From: Ptychomitrium polyphyllum
Taxonomy: Eukaryota
DNA: 64,000 nucleotides
NCBI GenBank assembly: GCA_973851085.1
Contig: OZ316776.1
Coordinates: 14,942,001-15,006,000 of the forward strand
Reading direction: 5' to 3'
In this document: positions 40,228 to 52,826 of the stretch, one piece after another
Numbering within the stretch: the first letter of the stretch is position 1
Layout: each line of letters opens with the position of its first letter
Notes under the pieces: model-generated
What the model saw: the letters and a program-made list of their open reading frames with translations, nothing else
Database searches by the model: none
What the model was told of the DNA's origin: nothing
Made by a program: the position numbers and the translations under genes

Positions 40228-40351
40228 TGCGTCGTCGTATCCCAATCAGAGACCCTGTACAACAACGCCACCCTCACCATCATCAAGAATGCGCCTCACT
40301 CCCCCAACCACGCAACCAAAAGAACTCTCCCACGCACCCCCTTCCAAGACG

Positions 40352-40380
40352 AAACCCTAATCGTCACCATCAAACCCTAA
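40352..40380. promoter_or_regulatory. Two telo-boxes (AAACCCTAA) in the ACINUS 5' leader
   Basis: AAACCCTAA at 40352 and 40372. Another (TTAGGGTTT) lies at 42666 in the leader of the divergent gene. Confidence 0.55.
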
Positions 40381-43040
40381 CCAACACCCTTGCGAGCCAA
40401 AACACAACCATTAAACCAAATGCCAAACCGGAACAGACGGCAGGATGAACGGGAACCAAAACACGAACACAGAAACGCCTCCTGGTCGGTCCATCCCTCT
40501 CACCTCTTGTCCCCGGACGAAAACTTCGAAAGAAACTTAAACTCCAGGGGTAGCCACCAGCGTCAACGTCCCGAACTAAGAAACGACGCCGATTTCCGTG
40601 CCGCGTGGAACCCTCCTATCCGCGAGCGAATGGCATTGGCGATTCCACGAGACGCGCACAATTGAAGAGCGGCACGGTGTACGTCCGCCGGAGCTAGCAG
40701 CTTGAGAACAACGACAACAGACCTCACAACACTCCCACGCGCGCTCCCTCTCTCTCTCTCTCGCAAAACAAACGACGCGAAAGGGCGACCTCCTGTTCAC
40801 ACCACAGGGAGCGTTGTCCATTTCGTGAGATACCCGCCCTGGTATCCGCTACAGTGGATATCATCGACAAGCGGACATAACTTAGGGACCCTGCAGTGGG
40901 CTCCTTAAAACACCTACTTCCTGTTTCATTTGAATTTCTCCTTTTAAGTGTTCCATATACTATACGTGTTTTTATCATTTGAATTGGTACCATGCATTGT
41001 TTATGTAAATGCAGCTTCAATTTATAGCCATTACAATATTATGTTATTAAAAACTTCCTATTCTAAAGGAATGTTGATTATGATGAACAAATTGTAATTA
41101 ATTGTATATTCCAATCCTTTGGAGTGATGATTGAACAATTTTTTTGATTATTTGTATGTAAAATTCTACATAATTTTTATGTTTATAGATTTTTCTTAAT
41201 TACTAAAAAAATAATATTTCTTATCATTTTAATAATCTTAATTTTTTATCTTTAGCTGCTGAATTGGTGTTGCATTAAAGCTCTTGTAGTTTGAATATTA
41301 GGCCTATATTGAATGGTTTGAATTATGTCATGTGACATGGCGTTGAATGCCAAATCATGTCAAATGGATGCAATATAGTTCAATTTAGGGATTTTTTCAT
41401 CCACTTAGTGTAATACCTATATTACTTCGTTTATAGTGCCAATTAGGATTTGGAAGATAAATTAAGCAAAGAAATTCCTCTGGCTTGGCATTTGTACCAA
41501 GTCAAATCTTGAGAATGAAATTTGAAAAAAATAGATCTTGTTAATGTCTATTTAAAGACGGTGCTATAATCATTAAATAAAGCTTTAGAATTTCTTTTAC
41601 ACTAGCACTCTTAGATTCTCTTTTTGTGGAGTAGAAGATAGCTTGGCTCATACTTTGTAATTTCTCCTTTGTTCATTTGGCAAAGAATCCTTAAGATTTC
41701 TTTCAATTAATCAATTGTTAAATTCCTTTCTTTGAGTCTTTCCATATGTCCATTTTTGTGATAAAAAGAAAAAGATGTTGAAGAGAAATCCAAGATTTTA
41801 GTATATAAAAGCAGTCACAGGACCAAATTTTATAACAATGTATTATAATTTAATGCAATTTTCTACTTTCTACCAAAAACCATGAAATTTTTTGTGTTCT
41901 TAATAAGAAGTTTTCCATAACAGTCAACAAAAATAATAATTTGGTACAACCACAACTTTTTATCATCTTCAAAACTTGGGACAAAGAAGCTTCATCCACA
42001 AGTGCAAAAAATTTGGTGTTGGCAAGCTGCTGTACCAAGTGTGAAAAATGCTTCAAAAAGAGATGGTGGAACGCAGAGTTCCCTTACATCTTGTAACCTC
42101 ACACAACCACGGTCACCGGTACTCGAGCTTCACGGGCACAGGAGCCACACAGCCAAGGGCCGTGAACCCACGGGGTTCCAACGAAAAACCGGCCAATAAG
42201 TCAAGGAAAGTCCTAGACTTCTAATTATCAAATGTGCAGTAGGAGTAGATGACGATGAGTGTGAACAGTTACGATGGTTTTGGGTATGCATCCTCTGGTT
42301 GCCACCCCTAAGCCGTCACTGCCCCTAAAACCAATAAAGTCTGCCACTGGCGGAAATGTTTAGATCCCGAGTCTATAGATTGTATAGATGGCGGGTCGGG
42401 TGTGGGGTGTGGTGGCGAGAGAGGGGGCACAAAAGTGGAGGAGAAAGGGGGCAGAGGAGGGAGAGTAGGCAGAATGCTTCGCAGTCGGAGTCCGCCATCG
42501 CCACGGACCACCGTTGCGGGCCGCACAGGGACGCGTGCACTGGATTGTGCCCCTCGTGGCCTTCTTATTCCAACCCCGGCCCCTCGCAATCTTCACGTGA
42601 GTGCTCGCTCTCTTTCTCAGGCGTCATTTCGAGCTAATTTCGTCCTTTCTTGCCGTGGAGGGCGGTTAGGGTTTCATTCCTGTCGTCTTTCTTGGAGCGC
42701 AATTCCGCGTTTGCGTTTGTTGTTGCTGTAGTTTCTGTTTCTTTTGGTGGTAAACTGAGCGGGAGTTTAGGTTTGGGGTATGTGTGTGTGTGTTTGTTTT
42801 TTTCCCGGTTGAATTTGGGTTTGATTATGTGGCGGGAGCTTTTTTTCTTCTTTTACGGTTGTTGTCGGTATTGATGTTCAGTTGAGTTTGGTTTTTAGCG
42901 GTGATTGAATTGGTTGTTATGTGTTGTTATGTTGTGTGTTAATTATGTTGTTTGGCGGTTCGGAGCAGAGATTGCGAGGGCGTGAATCGGGAAAAACGGA
43001 GCAGCAGAAGTTTGTTTTGCGTTTTGTGGTGGACGAAAGC

Positions 43041-46000
43041 ATGAACCTTGGAGGCGCGTCCAATGTTGACCTCACAGAGGCGGCGCGTTTGTTAAAGCAA
43101 AGCGCGGTTGGCGTAGGCGCTGGGGTTCAAAACCAGCATGTGCCGCCTCCTGGCATGATGCTGATGCAGCAGGCGGTCGCTATGCAACAGTTTCAGTTTC
43201 AGCAGGCATTGCTGATGCAGCAGGTTTTACACGAATCCCATTAGGCTAATCTGCAAATATAAGATATGTTTTGAGAATCTGATAAATTGAAGCTCCTCTC
43301 TCTTTTATTACTGTACCTGTTGAGACCTAGGCTTAGGCTATTCTAAAAACGCTAATTAGGGTAATCCAGTATGTATGGTTCGCGAATAGCTACTAGCTGT
43401 GTGTTGTAAGTGAATTTACATGAATGGAAGTGTAGCAGAATGTAGGAAGAGTTTTAAATTGGTGAGGTGAAATTTGGTGATGGCTGTAGAACCGGCGAGG
43501 TGTAGCTTGTTTCAGGATGAAATAATCTGTTATTGATTATCTTAGAGGATGTAGTAAATTTGAAATGTGACTTCCATGTTTTTTTTTTGGAATATTCACC
43601 TGCTCTCTAATAGATTCAGGCTTTATTTTGCGTAGTTAATAGGTGATGGTTCCAGAAAATTGCCCTGTTATTGAAATTATCCTAGTAACTTTGCTGCTTA
43701 AAATTTCCATGTTCCTAATCCCTTTTTGGACCTCACAGACCCAGACTATAGTTTTTCAGAATTTTTGGTGATTTTATAATTACACACGAATGTGGTAAGT
43801 CCCACCAGGTTCTGTTGGCCATGAGCCCTTTGGTGAAGCTTCTGGTAATGTTGCAGATCTCTGCTTGCTATTAATGACTATTATTGATGTCATTTAATAA
43901 GCAGGTGATGGCTACTCAGCAAGCTGCAGCACGCGCAGCCACAGTAAAATCTGCTCAGGAGATGGCAGCTGCTCGGGCTGCGGAAATTAGCAAACAACTG
44001 AAGGGAAACGAGCCTGAGGTGGAAGGGGAGAAGAAAAGCCCAGTAAGGTAATGGCTTAGAGTAATGTTTTAAGCTTGAGCTTCAATTGTACTGACAGGCA
44101 TTGCGCATGCGTGTGTTGCCTACTGATTGGGTGTTTTTCTAGTTTTTTTTTGGGGGGGGGGGGGGATAAAAATTAGCAACCTATTTCCCTTTTGCATAGA
44201 CCTTCTTACTATGCTGTTGATTATTTACACATATTCGGGGATGGGATTTGCTTTGTATGACATTTTGCGGACATTGAGCAGGGCTCTTTGTTTCTAGTGT
44301 TTTAGATTACTGAATGTCGGTCTAGTAGTTTTGCGTCAGATGCAGTATTTTGCTAACCATTAGAGCTTCATGTTGTACTTATTAAATGTTATTGACCAAG
44401 GGCTGACGGTCAGTGGAGTGAAACATTCTCACTGCATATCCTGCGATGCTGATATGAAGTGGTCGAAACCTCAACAATGACAGTTGTTGGGGCTTTTGGG
44501 TGTTTCTAAGAAAGGTTTATCGTGTGTATTATTTTCTAGAGGGGTCTTTTCTATGTATAATTCTGCAGTGATGTAGTACAGGTGTTTACATATGTTGGAG
44601 GTGTGAATTGATGAGGGAAGTGCAGTTTGTCATTTGTTTTGCTAGAGTGAATATAATCTTTTATTAGATCAAAGTGTTATCTAAAGATATGCTGTGAAGC
44701 AGGTCTGTGTCACGGACGCCCTCACGGTCACGTTCACGTTCACGATCATTTTCAAGATCTAAGTCTCGGTCTCCCCTTCGCTATCGCAGAGACCGGTCAG
44801 CTTCACGGTCTCCAATTCGGTATAGGCGTGATTCGCGCTCATCACCAATTTCAAGGGAATATTATGGGTATCGTGGTCGAAGTAGACGGGGTTATTACAG
44901 GGGGCGGGGGGAGTATCCATGGAATCCTTCATACCGACGCGATTGGGAACGGGAGAGGGACCATTATTCATTGCGCTTGCGCCGTAGCAGAAGTCGCAGC
45001 AGAAGTCGAGTGCGTCGCAGATCTCCTACTCGATCTCGTTCTCCTCGCTCTCGACGTGATAGAAGTGGTACTCCTCTGAGGTATCGTCATGAGGAGCGCA
45101 GATCAGGACGCGGCTCTCGACGTTCAAGATCTGTTGAAGTGAGACCTACGCTATCACGCAGTCGTAGCCGCAGTCGCAGTCAAAGTCGGAGCGAAAGTGA
45201 AAGTTTACACCTGGAACATGGTAATCAGAGTCCAGTGAGAAAGTCCAGAGATACAAGGACTGGTGGAGCTCCGAGTAAAGGAGAGAAATTGAGCCCTGTG
45301 CCAAGCGACAGTCGGCGTACATTGATGAGCAGTCCTGATACGAAAGGTAGCAAAGAGAAGAATTATTCAGATGACATTACTGACGACAAAGAAGTGACGT
45401 TGGAACAGTTAAGCTCCAGACCAGAAGGTAGAGACGAACAATCTATCTCTCCTGCAAGGTCGCTTTCTGTTTCTCTCTCGCCTTCAAGAAGAAAGAGTGA
45501 GGGGGTGTCTGAAGGAGGGCCCAAATCAAATGATTGGAAGAAGGTTGTGCTGAGAGAGACCCTTGTTCAGAGAACTGACGAAGTCGCTACTTTGGCTGAA
45601 CAACCTCATAGTAACATGGTACCCTCAGCAATGGCCATTGACAGTGGCGAGGGCAGTCCACTCGCCTTGCTTGAACAGGAGATTGACACCAAAGGTGCTT
45701 TCAGAAGCAAAGGGGGAGATTTTGTTGCAAAGGGTCGACATGTCAAGAAGGAATCCAGTAGAATGGAATCATCTTCGGATGAGAGCGATGGGAATAAGGA
45801 GGTTGATGATTGGCGTGATGATATTAAAGCTAATGAGCTGGAGAAGATCAAGCGCATGGAGTCTAAGCGAGAGATGGAGAGGAGGGAAGAAGAGAGAAAA
45901 GCTCTTCCTGTTCAGATTGTAGTGCAGGAAGAAGTTAAAGATCACGGGATGACATTGCTTGAACATTTGGGTAGAGGAACTGGAAAGCTAAGTGTTGAGT

Positions 46001-47262
46001 CCCCGTTTGCTACTGAAGTTCATGAAGACACAATTTCAGCTTTTAAGCCAAGAATAGGCATATCTAGTGACGACGTTGTGTCTGTGAAGCCTAAATATTC
46101 TGATGAAACTCGGTTAAATGGTAACAGGGGTTTGATCGTCAAAGAGGAGATTCTAGACAGGGTATCTACTGGTAATGGAGAAGGTGATGTGGGCATGGAT
46201 GAAGAGGCTGGAGATGTCACACGTGAGAAAAGCACTGGGTCTGCAGATGTGAGTGACAGGGAGGAGGATTCCGATGTTGTCTTTGAAGGTCCTTTGCCGC
46301 CTCAGGAAGATCTTGATTTAGAGGCTGATAAGAGGAGTCTAGATAATTCAAAAGGTGAGGATAGTGCAGAAGAGATTGGGGCTGAAGAACCACCATCAGT
46401 AGCAGAGGAGGAGGTGGTTGGAAACCTCAAGGGGAAGGATAAATCAAAAAGTAGGGAAGAAGAATGTGTGCGTGGGATCCAAAGAGGTAAAGACAAGTCA
46501 AGGCTGAAGGAGGACGATGAGCCCAGTGAGAACCGCAAGTTGAAAGATAAGTCACGATCAAGAGAGAGAAGTCGAAGTAGAAGACATGATGATGAGACTG
46601 ATCATGAAAGGCGGAAGGATAAGCATCGCAAGCACAAAAGGAGGCACCGGTAAGTGTAATTTGACATTCTGGCCTGTAATTTGTTAGACACAAATAAATA
46701 AATGTAATTGATATTTGTAGAACATAGATGATTTGTTCCAACACAAATTTCGAGGTTTCCTCTTAATTACAATATTGTTCACATTTTGGAATTTAGTCAC
46801 GACCAATTAGTGTATATAAAATAACACATGAATCGTCCATCAGATTTTAGATTAGTTTATTTAGGTTCGTGAGTAGTAGTTGTCTTTCTGACTTTGTGGA
46901 TGCTCTTTTTAATGTGAAGGCGAGATGAAGAGACTGAAAAAGAGGAGGATAACGATGATGGGAAGATAGATGTGGATAGCAGTAAAGATAAGGAGGAGAG
47001 TCGTCATCATCGTAGCAAAAAGCACCGTAGTGGCCGGGACCACAAAGAGGATAAGCGTGAGAAGAAGAAACGTAGGCATAAGCATCGAGGAAAAAAAGCT
47101 TCAGAGTCTCCAGATAAGGAATCATTAGTAGTTGAAGTGGAGGGTGAAGATGTGGTTCAAGTTGCTGGTCGACTTCACAAAAAGCAATCAAGCAGTCGTG
47201 AAAATAGAAGAAAAGAAGCCTCAAAGTCTCCTGTTCATGCCAGTGGGAGTGGCAGTGACTAG
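43041..47262 (+). CDS. RS-rich SREK1/SRSF11-like splicing protein lacking RRMs, 871 aa
   Basis: Exons 43041-43223, 43905-44047, 44703-46649, 46920-47262 (phases 0,2,2; 2616 nt). The motif MQQAVAMQQFQFQQALLMQQ..ATQQAAARAATVKSAQEMAAARAAEISKQL, recalled from plant Filamin-RRM SREK1-like proteins, is followed by a long RS domain and a charged tail. Confidence 0.85.
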
Positions 47263-49987
47263 TGCATATGGGATGAGGTTTTTCTGGGGAATTGGTGCTA
47301 CATTGGGAAGCTTTCCTTTTACTGCAGTGGTTGGTGTGGTTTCTAAGCTGACAAGTCTACGCTATAACTAGTCGTATCCATTTCCTGGGTGCTCATGCAG
47401 AGGCGTTGTTGGAGAGATGGAGCATTGGAGATAGTAGGCTTACTCTGAATCCCACCTGTGGCAGAGAGGGTGCTAGGGGGGAGGGTAATGGTTGGGATTG
47501 GAAGGGTTTGTCAGGTTTGGTTCCTCAGGCTTTTGGGCGGGGGGATGATGCAGGTTGATTATGAGAGATCGGGAATGGTCTAAAAGCTAAGGCTCGTCAT
47601 CTTTCATCCTGGACTTTTCTTCTATACGTAGGTAGCTTTTGGACTGTGTTACTGACGGTGTTGTACACACTTGATCTGTATCTTTTTGTGAACAAAGAAT
47701 TTTGCAGTATGGAACTATGATGATTAGATTCTCAAAGTGGCTCCACGACTCGTGTTTGTGTTATCTCGCTGGTGTTTGATATTGAGTGTAAGATAAAGTT
47801 CATTCTGTAGCCCATTTTATACTTGTGTCGAGACAGGTTTTCAACTAATCATCTTGTCTTTGAAGATTTGGGTGCTCAGCCTCAGTGATTGATGTGGTAG
47901 ACCTGTGCACCCAACCTTAACCTGCCTTGTATGTGTGGCTGGGGTCTCGCCTGGCACTGGGCTTGTTGTTGGGAATAGGTCTTTGGAATGCACGGCAGAA
48001 CTTGTAAGCACCTGTGAGCACATCGTGCATCAGTCGGAAAGCCACGGATGTGTGGTAAGTCGCCTCAGAGGCTATGATCTTCAAACTCCCAAGTTTGAAG
48101 TTGGTCTGTGAGTCGTTATTGGCTATTGTATATATACTTGTGCAGGAGTGTTTGGAGTCTGTCCTTCAGTAAGTGTTCGCCTTATTGGTTTGACACTTTT
48201 GCAGTGCTGTGGGTTGACAGACCTGCATTGGACACTGAGAATTCTACAATTTTCACTTTGGGTGTCCACGCAGGCTGGCCGGGAGTGACATTGGTTGTGG
48301 TTGCTTCTATCAGAATTTACTGCTTCTCCATGTAGATTCTACAACTTGACCGACTTTGAGGTGGCTCTCACTTTCTGTTTAATGTGTTTCTGGCTTGGTA
48401 GGCCTAGAATTTTGATTTATTGTTTTGCTTGTGATTTGTATACGGTACGTTTATCTTTAGAGTAGGTTGGAGTTGGTTGATTCGGTGATCTTATAGTTTC
48501 ACAGGTCAGTGCTGGCGGTGAATTTTTGACGAGCCACTCCATTTGGAGGCTTTGGAGCCCCTACCTGCAGAGGTTTTTGTATTAGTGTAGATGCATTAGT
48601 TCTAGGAGCTACTACCGTGTTTCCCACTTTTAGAAGGTGGTATGATTTTATTGCAAACAATGGCCATGTTTTTTTACTTTTGTGAAGCTTAAAATGATTG
48701 CTTCTTTGTGTAGCTGTCCAGAAGTTTATGATATTAAGTTATACAAGGTCTCTCCCTTGCAACTTAAGTTTTGAGTGTACCGTTGTATACACATATTTTC
48801 AGCGTCTTGGTGTAAGCTGTGAATTGCTGTATTTAGTTCATATTTATGACGGATTTAGAAAAGTTCTGCTTTTTTATTGGAGTTTCCTGTCCTTCATGAC
48901 ATTAGTACTCAATCTATAGTTCGTTAGGATAACACAGTTTACGAATGTTACGTAGTGTCCTTTCTGTGTAGGTTGGGTGTCAACATACTTTATATGAGAG
49001 TTACAATATGTTGCTGAGCATGAGAAATGGGTGTTTGCATATCTGAAACTTTGTAAGTTACATTGGACAGAGTAATGAACCGGACAACGTGCCACCTTTT
49101 TCCGTTGATGATCAAGCTGTTGTAGAGATGCCCATGCTACAGTGCTGTAGTGGCTAGAAAAATAGCAGAAGATAGTACTGCCAAATTCTGACTATTTAGT
49201 AGCTTGTGCTACTAGCCTCACTTTGAGGAGTGTACAAGTAATTGTTAATAACAACCATTGCTTTAACAGATCGAATCGAATCCATAACAACTGTCTACCA
49301 TACGGCGACCACAAACAAAAATAAGATAGAGTTGAAAGACAGCCCCAGTTAGCTAATTTCTATTGAAGCTGAATGATACACCATACTCATAAATTCTAAC
49401 ACTCCATAGTTTGCAAAGCATAATCACGTCTAGTTACAACATGCTTCTAACATACTGTATACTGGTAGTTACATACGACTTTGATTTTTTAATTCTAGAT
49501 CGTAAAGGAAATGGTTGAATGCTATCATGACATTCTTCAGCAGAGGCAACTGATCACCTTGAAATCAAGTGGCTGAGCCCCCTTCATCTGATGGAAAAAT
49601 TCATCTCGAGTAGCACTACATTCCGTTGATAGCCTGGTAATGAAGGGTGAGGTTCCTCACAGCTAAAGAATGAAAACAAATGTTACAAACTAACTCGAAC
49701 TAGCTGATGCTTCCGCTTCATATGCATACTCTCTAAGTTTTTACGAACTAGAAATGCAACAGAATAAATGTTATTTCGATTTCAGCAATGCAAATACACA
49801 ATGCAAACACACACAGTATACATTTTAAGCAATCTTGGACATGTCATGACTCGAGGTTCTTCTAAAGAAAATAACTTTAGGCTAAGAATTAACGTGAATC
49901 AAGAGCGTGTTGGGTGGTGAGCTCCCAGTAAAGTATTAAATACCACTATGGTATATACTTCTAAATTATTAATAAAGACCAATCTGA

Positions 49988-50133
49988 GGGTGCGTTTGCC
50001 ACGGAGCCATCTCCAAGCCAGAGGGGACCTATTAGTTGATTAAGAGCACACATAAAAAATTTCCAAGGATTGGTATAATGCTATTAAGCAAGCTTGTTCT
50101 TTTAGGTGACAATGGCTCCATGGAAACATGCCC
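49988..50133. mobile_element. Tourist/PIF-Harbinger-like MITE (146 bp)
   Basis: Imperfect TIRs GGGTGCGTTTGCCACGGAGCCAT / ATGGCTCCATGGAAACATGCCC, with flanks TGA / TTA (TWA-like TSD). Confidence 0.5.
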
Positions 50134-50301
50134 TTACATCAAACATTAGCAGAAAGTGATGAGAAACTTATCAACTTTTACCTCACTCGTCTTTCTAAGC
50201 TCTGAAGTCACAACATTTACAAGTACAAGGCTGCATCATAGATTAAAGTACAAACTTGATGAATTGTAATCAGAAATGAAGAAGATTCAAGACTGTAACT
50301 C

Positions 50302-52826
50302 TCATAACTCTCTAGGTTTGATGGCTTGTAGAACTGCCGAAACCAGCTCCTCAGTGGGAACGCTCAATCCTTCCTCAAGCTGCACATAAAATGCTCAAAG
50401 ATTAGGGCCAGTTCAAAATGAGCGGAATGTGAGCTGCAACACCATGAATAGAGTCTTGTGGAGAAATTAGAACCCCCTTCCACTCAAAAATTCATCACCA
50501 TAATCATGGGCACCTATGCTAAGATGACCACAGTAGGTAGTGGCTTGACTTTTCAATACACCAATAAAAAAATTCATGAGAAATCCCAGAGTGGAAAGAT
50601 GAGCTTCTTGCTTCTTTTAACATGAATGGACATAGTTTTCCAAAAGTCGTGGAATTTGATGAATTCTGTTGTTCTAGAGCAGTATTGTGAAGCAAGGATG
50701 TCGAAGATCAAACTAAATAGTGTACCTGAACAGTGATGAAATGGATGGAATTTTCGGCCACAGTCATGACGTTGGACTGCAAAACTTCCACCTTGCACTC
50801 CTCCAGCGCATTCAACACACGTAGCACATGCCCTGGTCGTCGACTGCACACCACCTTCACCACCGCCTGCTTCCCTAGCTGCTGCACGTCCACCTCTGCT
50901 AGTCCTCCTTTCAGCTTCCCCGGCTGGTGCACCACCATTACAATTCCACATGGAACTAAATCAGTAACGGTCATCAGAAGAAAACTTGACATTTCTTCAA
51001 GGATGAAGACTGGAAGAGGTGCGGATTATAAAAAAAATGCAGGATCATAATATCGTAGAGGGATCCTCAGAAATTAAGAATTTTCATATCTGAACAGAAT
51101 ATGAAGAATTGTCATACGTATTGCAAGGATTCTCAATCCACATCTGTGTTAGAGTTATCAATTATTATTCATATGGATTAGCTTCTCAAGATCCAATACG
51201 AAATAACCAGGATTGCAATATTCCTTCAACTTACAACTGGAATCCCACTGAAATCCTCCCCCTGACTCCTCTCAGAATCTTCTCAAGTCATAATGGCATG
51301 GGCAAGGTTGCAAGGCATGAGGAAGAAGGCTAAAGCAAGGCAAAGAAACCAACCAGTTTCGGCTCTTCCGTGATCTGGTCCGATGGCGAAGTAATGGCGG
51401 AGTCACGACTCTCGTGCATGGGCGACGGCGACCCCGGATCACGCCGGTGCGTGGTCTCCGATGACGACCCGCCCGGCTTGGGCGACTCCAGGGTGCCGTC
51501 CTCACCCCCACCTCGCGACCCATACGGCGACTTCCGCTTGAGCGACTTGAAGATCAACCCCGTCCCCGAGGCCGTGTCCTTGCACGCCTGCAGCTGCTTC
51601 AGCCGCTTCTCTAGCTCCAACACATAATCGATCGTGTCCCCCACGATGGAAGCCTAAAGAGATAAAGCGATTCTCAGTGACTTTGGTACAAATGCACAAA
51701 TTTAAACCTTCACATACAGTTTCTCTCTGCAATTTAAACATATTGAGTGAACTTTTCTTATGTCATACTCTAGATCACATTTGCATGGGTCTCTGAACAC
51801 CCATGCAAAGATATCCTTCTACTAGTTGAAATGGTACCTGCACACAATGCTCACTTCGAAGGCAGAAGGCAATAGAGACCTGTTTAGATGACATGAAGTT
51901 CTGTAGAACGAACGACCAGGACATTCCTCATTCCCTTCATGACATGATAGTTTAAATTGCATGCATAGACTGAACTGGGAAAACTGCAAATACAATAGAA
52001 ATCCGCTTACCTTGTCCTTCTTCGTGGCCTTAGGGATCATCGACCTAAGCGCGGAGAATTTCTCATTCATCTCCTCGCGACGCTGCCTCTCCGCCAGGAT
52101 ATGATTCTCCCGCTGAAACTGGCTCCGATGCGGACTGCGCTCCGTCGCATAGATCTCATTGCAAAGCGCGCGGTACGCCAAGTTCATGTCCTGCACCTTG
52201 GGCTGGGCCTCCAGCAACCCGCCGTCAACCACGACGTCGTCCAACTGGTAGAATCCCAGTCCCCCGTTCGCCACCGGCGTCGTCGCGCGCGAGCTCACGG
52301 CCGAGGAGAATGACGGCGACGGCATGGTGGGTGCAATAGTCGGCATGGTAGGCATGGTTGGCATGGATCCCCCGGTGAGATTGCCATACACCATGAAGTC
52401 GCGCAGCGCTTGGATTTGCGGGGAAGCTCCGGATGGTGGCGGCGCCGGAGTGTAGGCGAATTGGGTCGTGATATCGGGGAGCGTGGAGAGGTGCGCGGTG
52501 TTTTGAGTGGTATAGTTCCCCATGCAGGAAAGTGAGTCGACGGAGGCGACGTTGTAGAGCTGCGTGGCGGGCGCGCCCCAGGTGTAGGAGCTCCCCATGA
52601 AGTCGCCGAGCTCTGGCTCCATCTTCGGGATGTGGTCGAAAAACTGTAGCGGAGACGTAGCGCTAGGGTTCGCGTTGCACTTAGACGTGGGGCTTGTGTA
52701 CGATTGTGTGCAGGTACGGGGCCCTTGCAGAAGTTCGTACAGCTCTTCGCCGATTCCGAGCAGCGACGACGAGGGGGGCGGTTGGGGTGGACTCTGGTGT
52801 GGGTGCCCAATCCGTCGCTGCTCCAT
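50302..52826 (-). CDS. bHLH transcription factor with C-terminal ACT-like domain, 463 aa
   Basis: Exons 52826-52011, 51653-51354, 50923-50726, 50379-50302 (all phase 0). bHLH: NHILAERQRREEMNEKFSALRSMIPKATKKDK|ASIVGDTIDYVLELEKRL, with H-E-R DNA-binding residues. ACT-like: VKVVCSRRPGHVLRVLNALEECKVEVLQSNV. Confidence 0.92.

Noticed and set aside
44143..44165. T9G14 homopolymer in an intron as a G-quadruplex element
   Set aside because: Simple slippage run with no other support.
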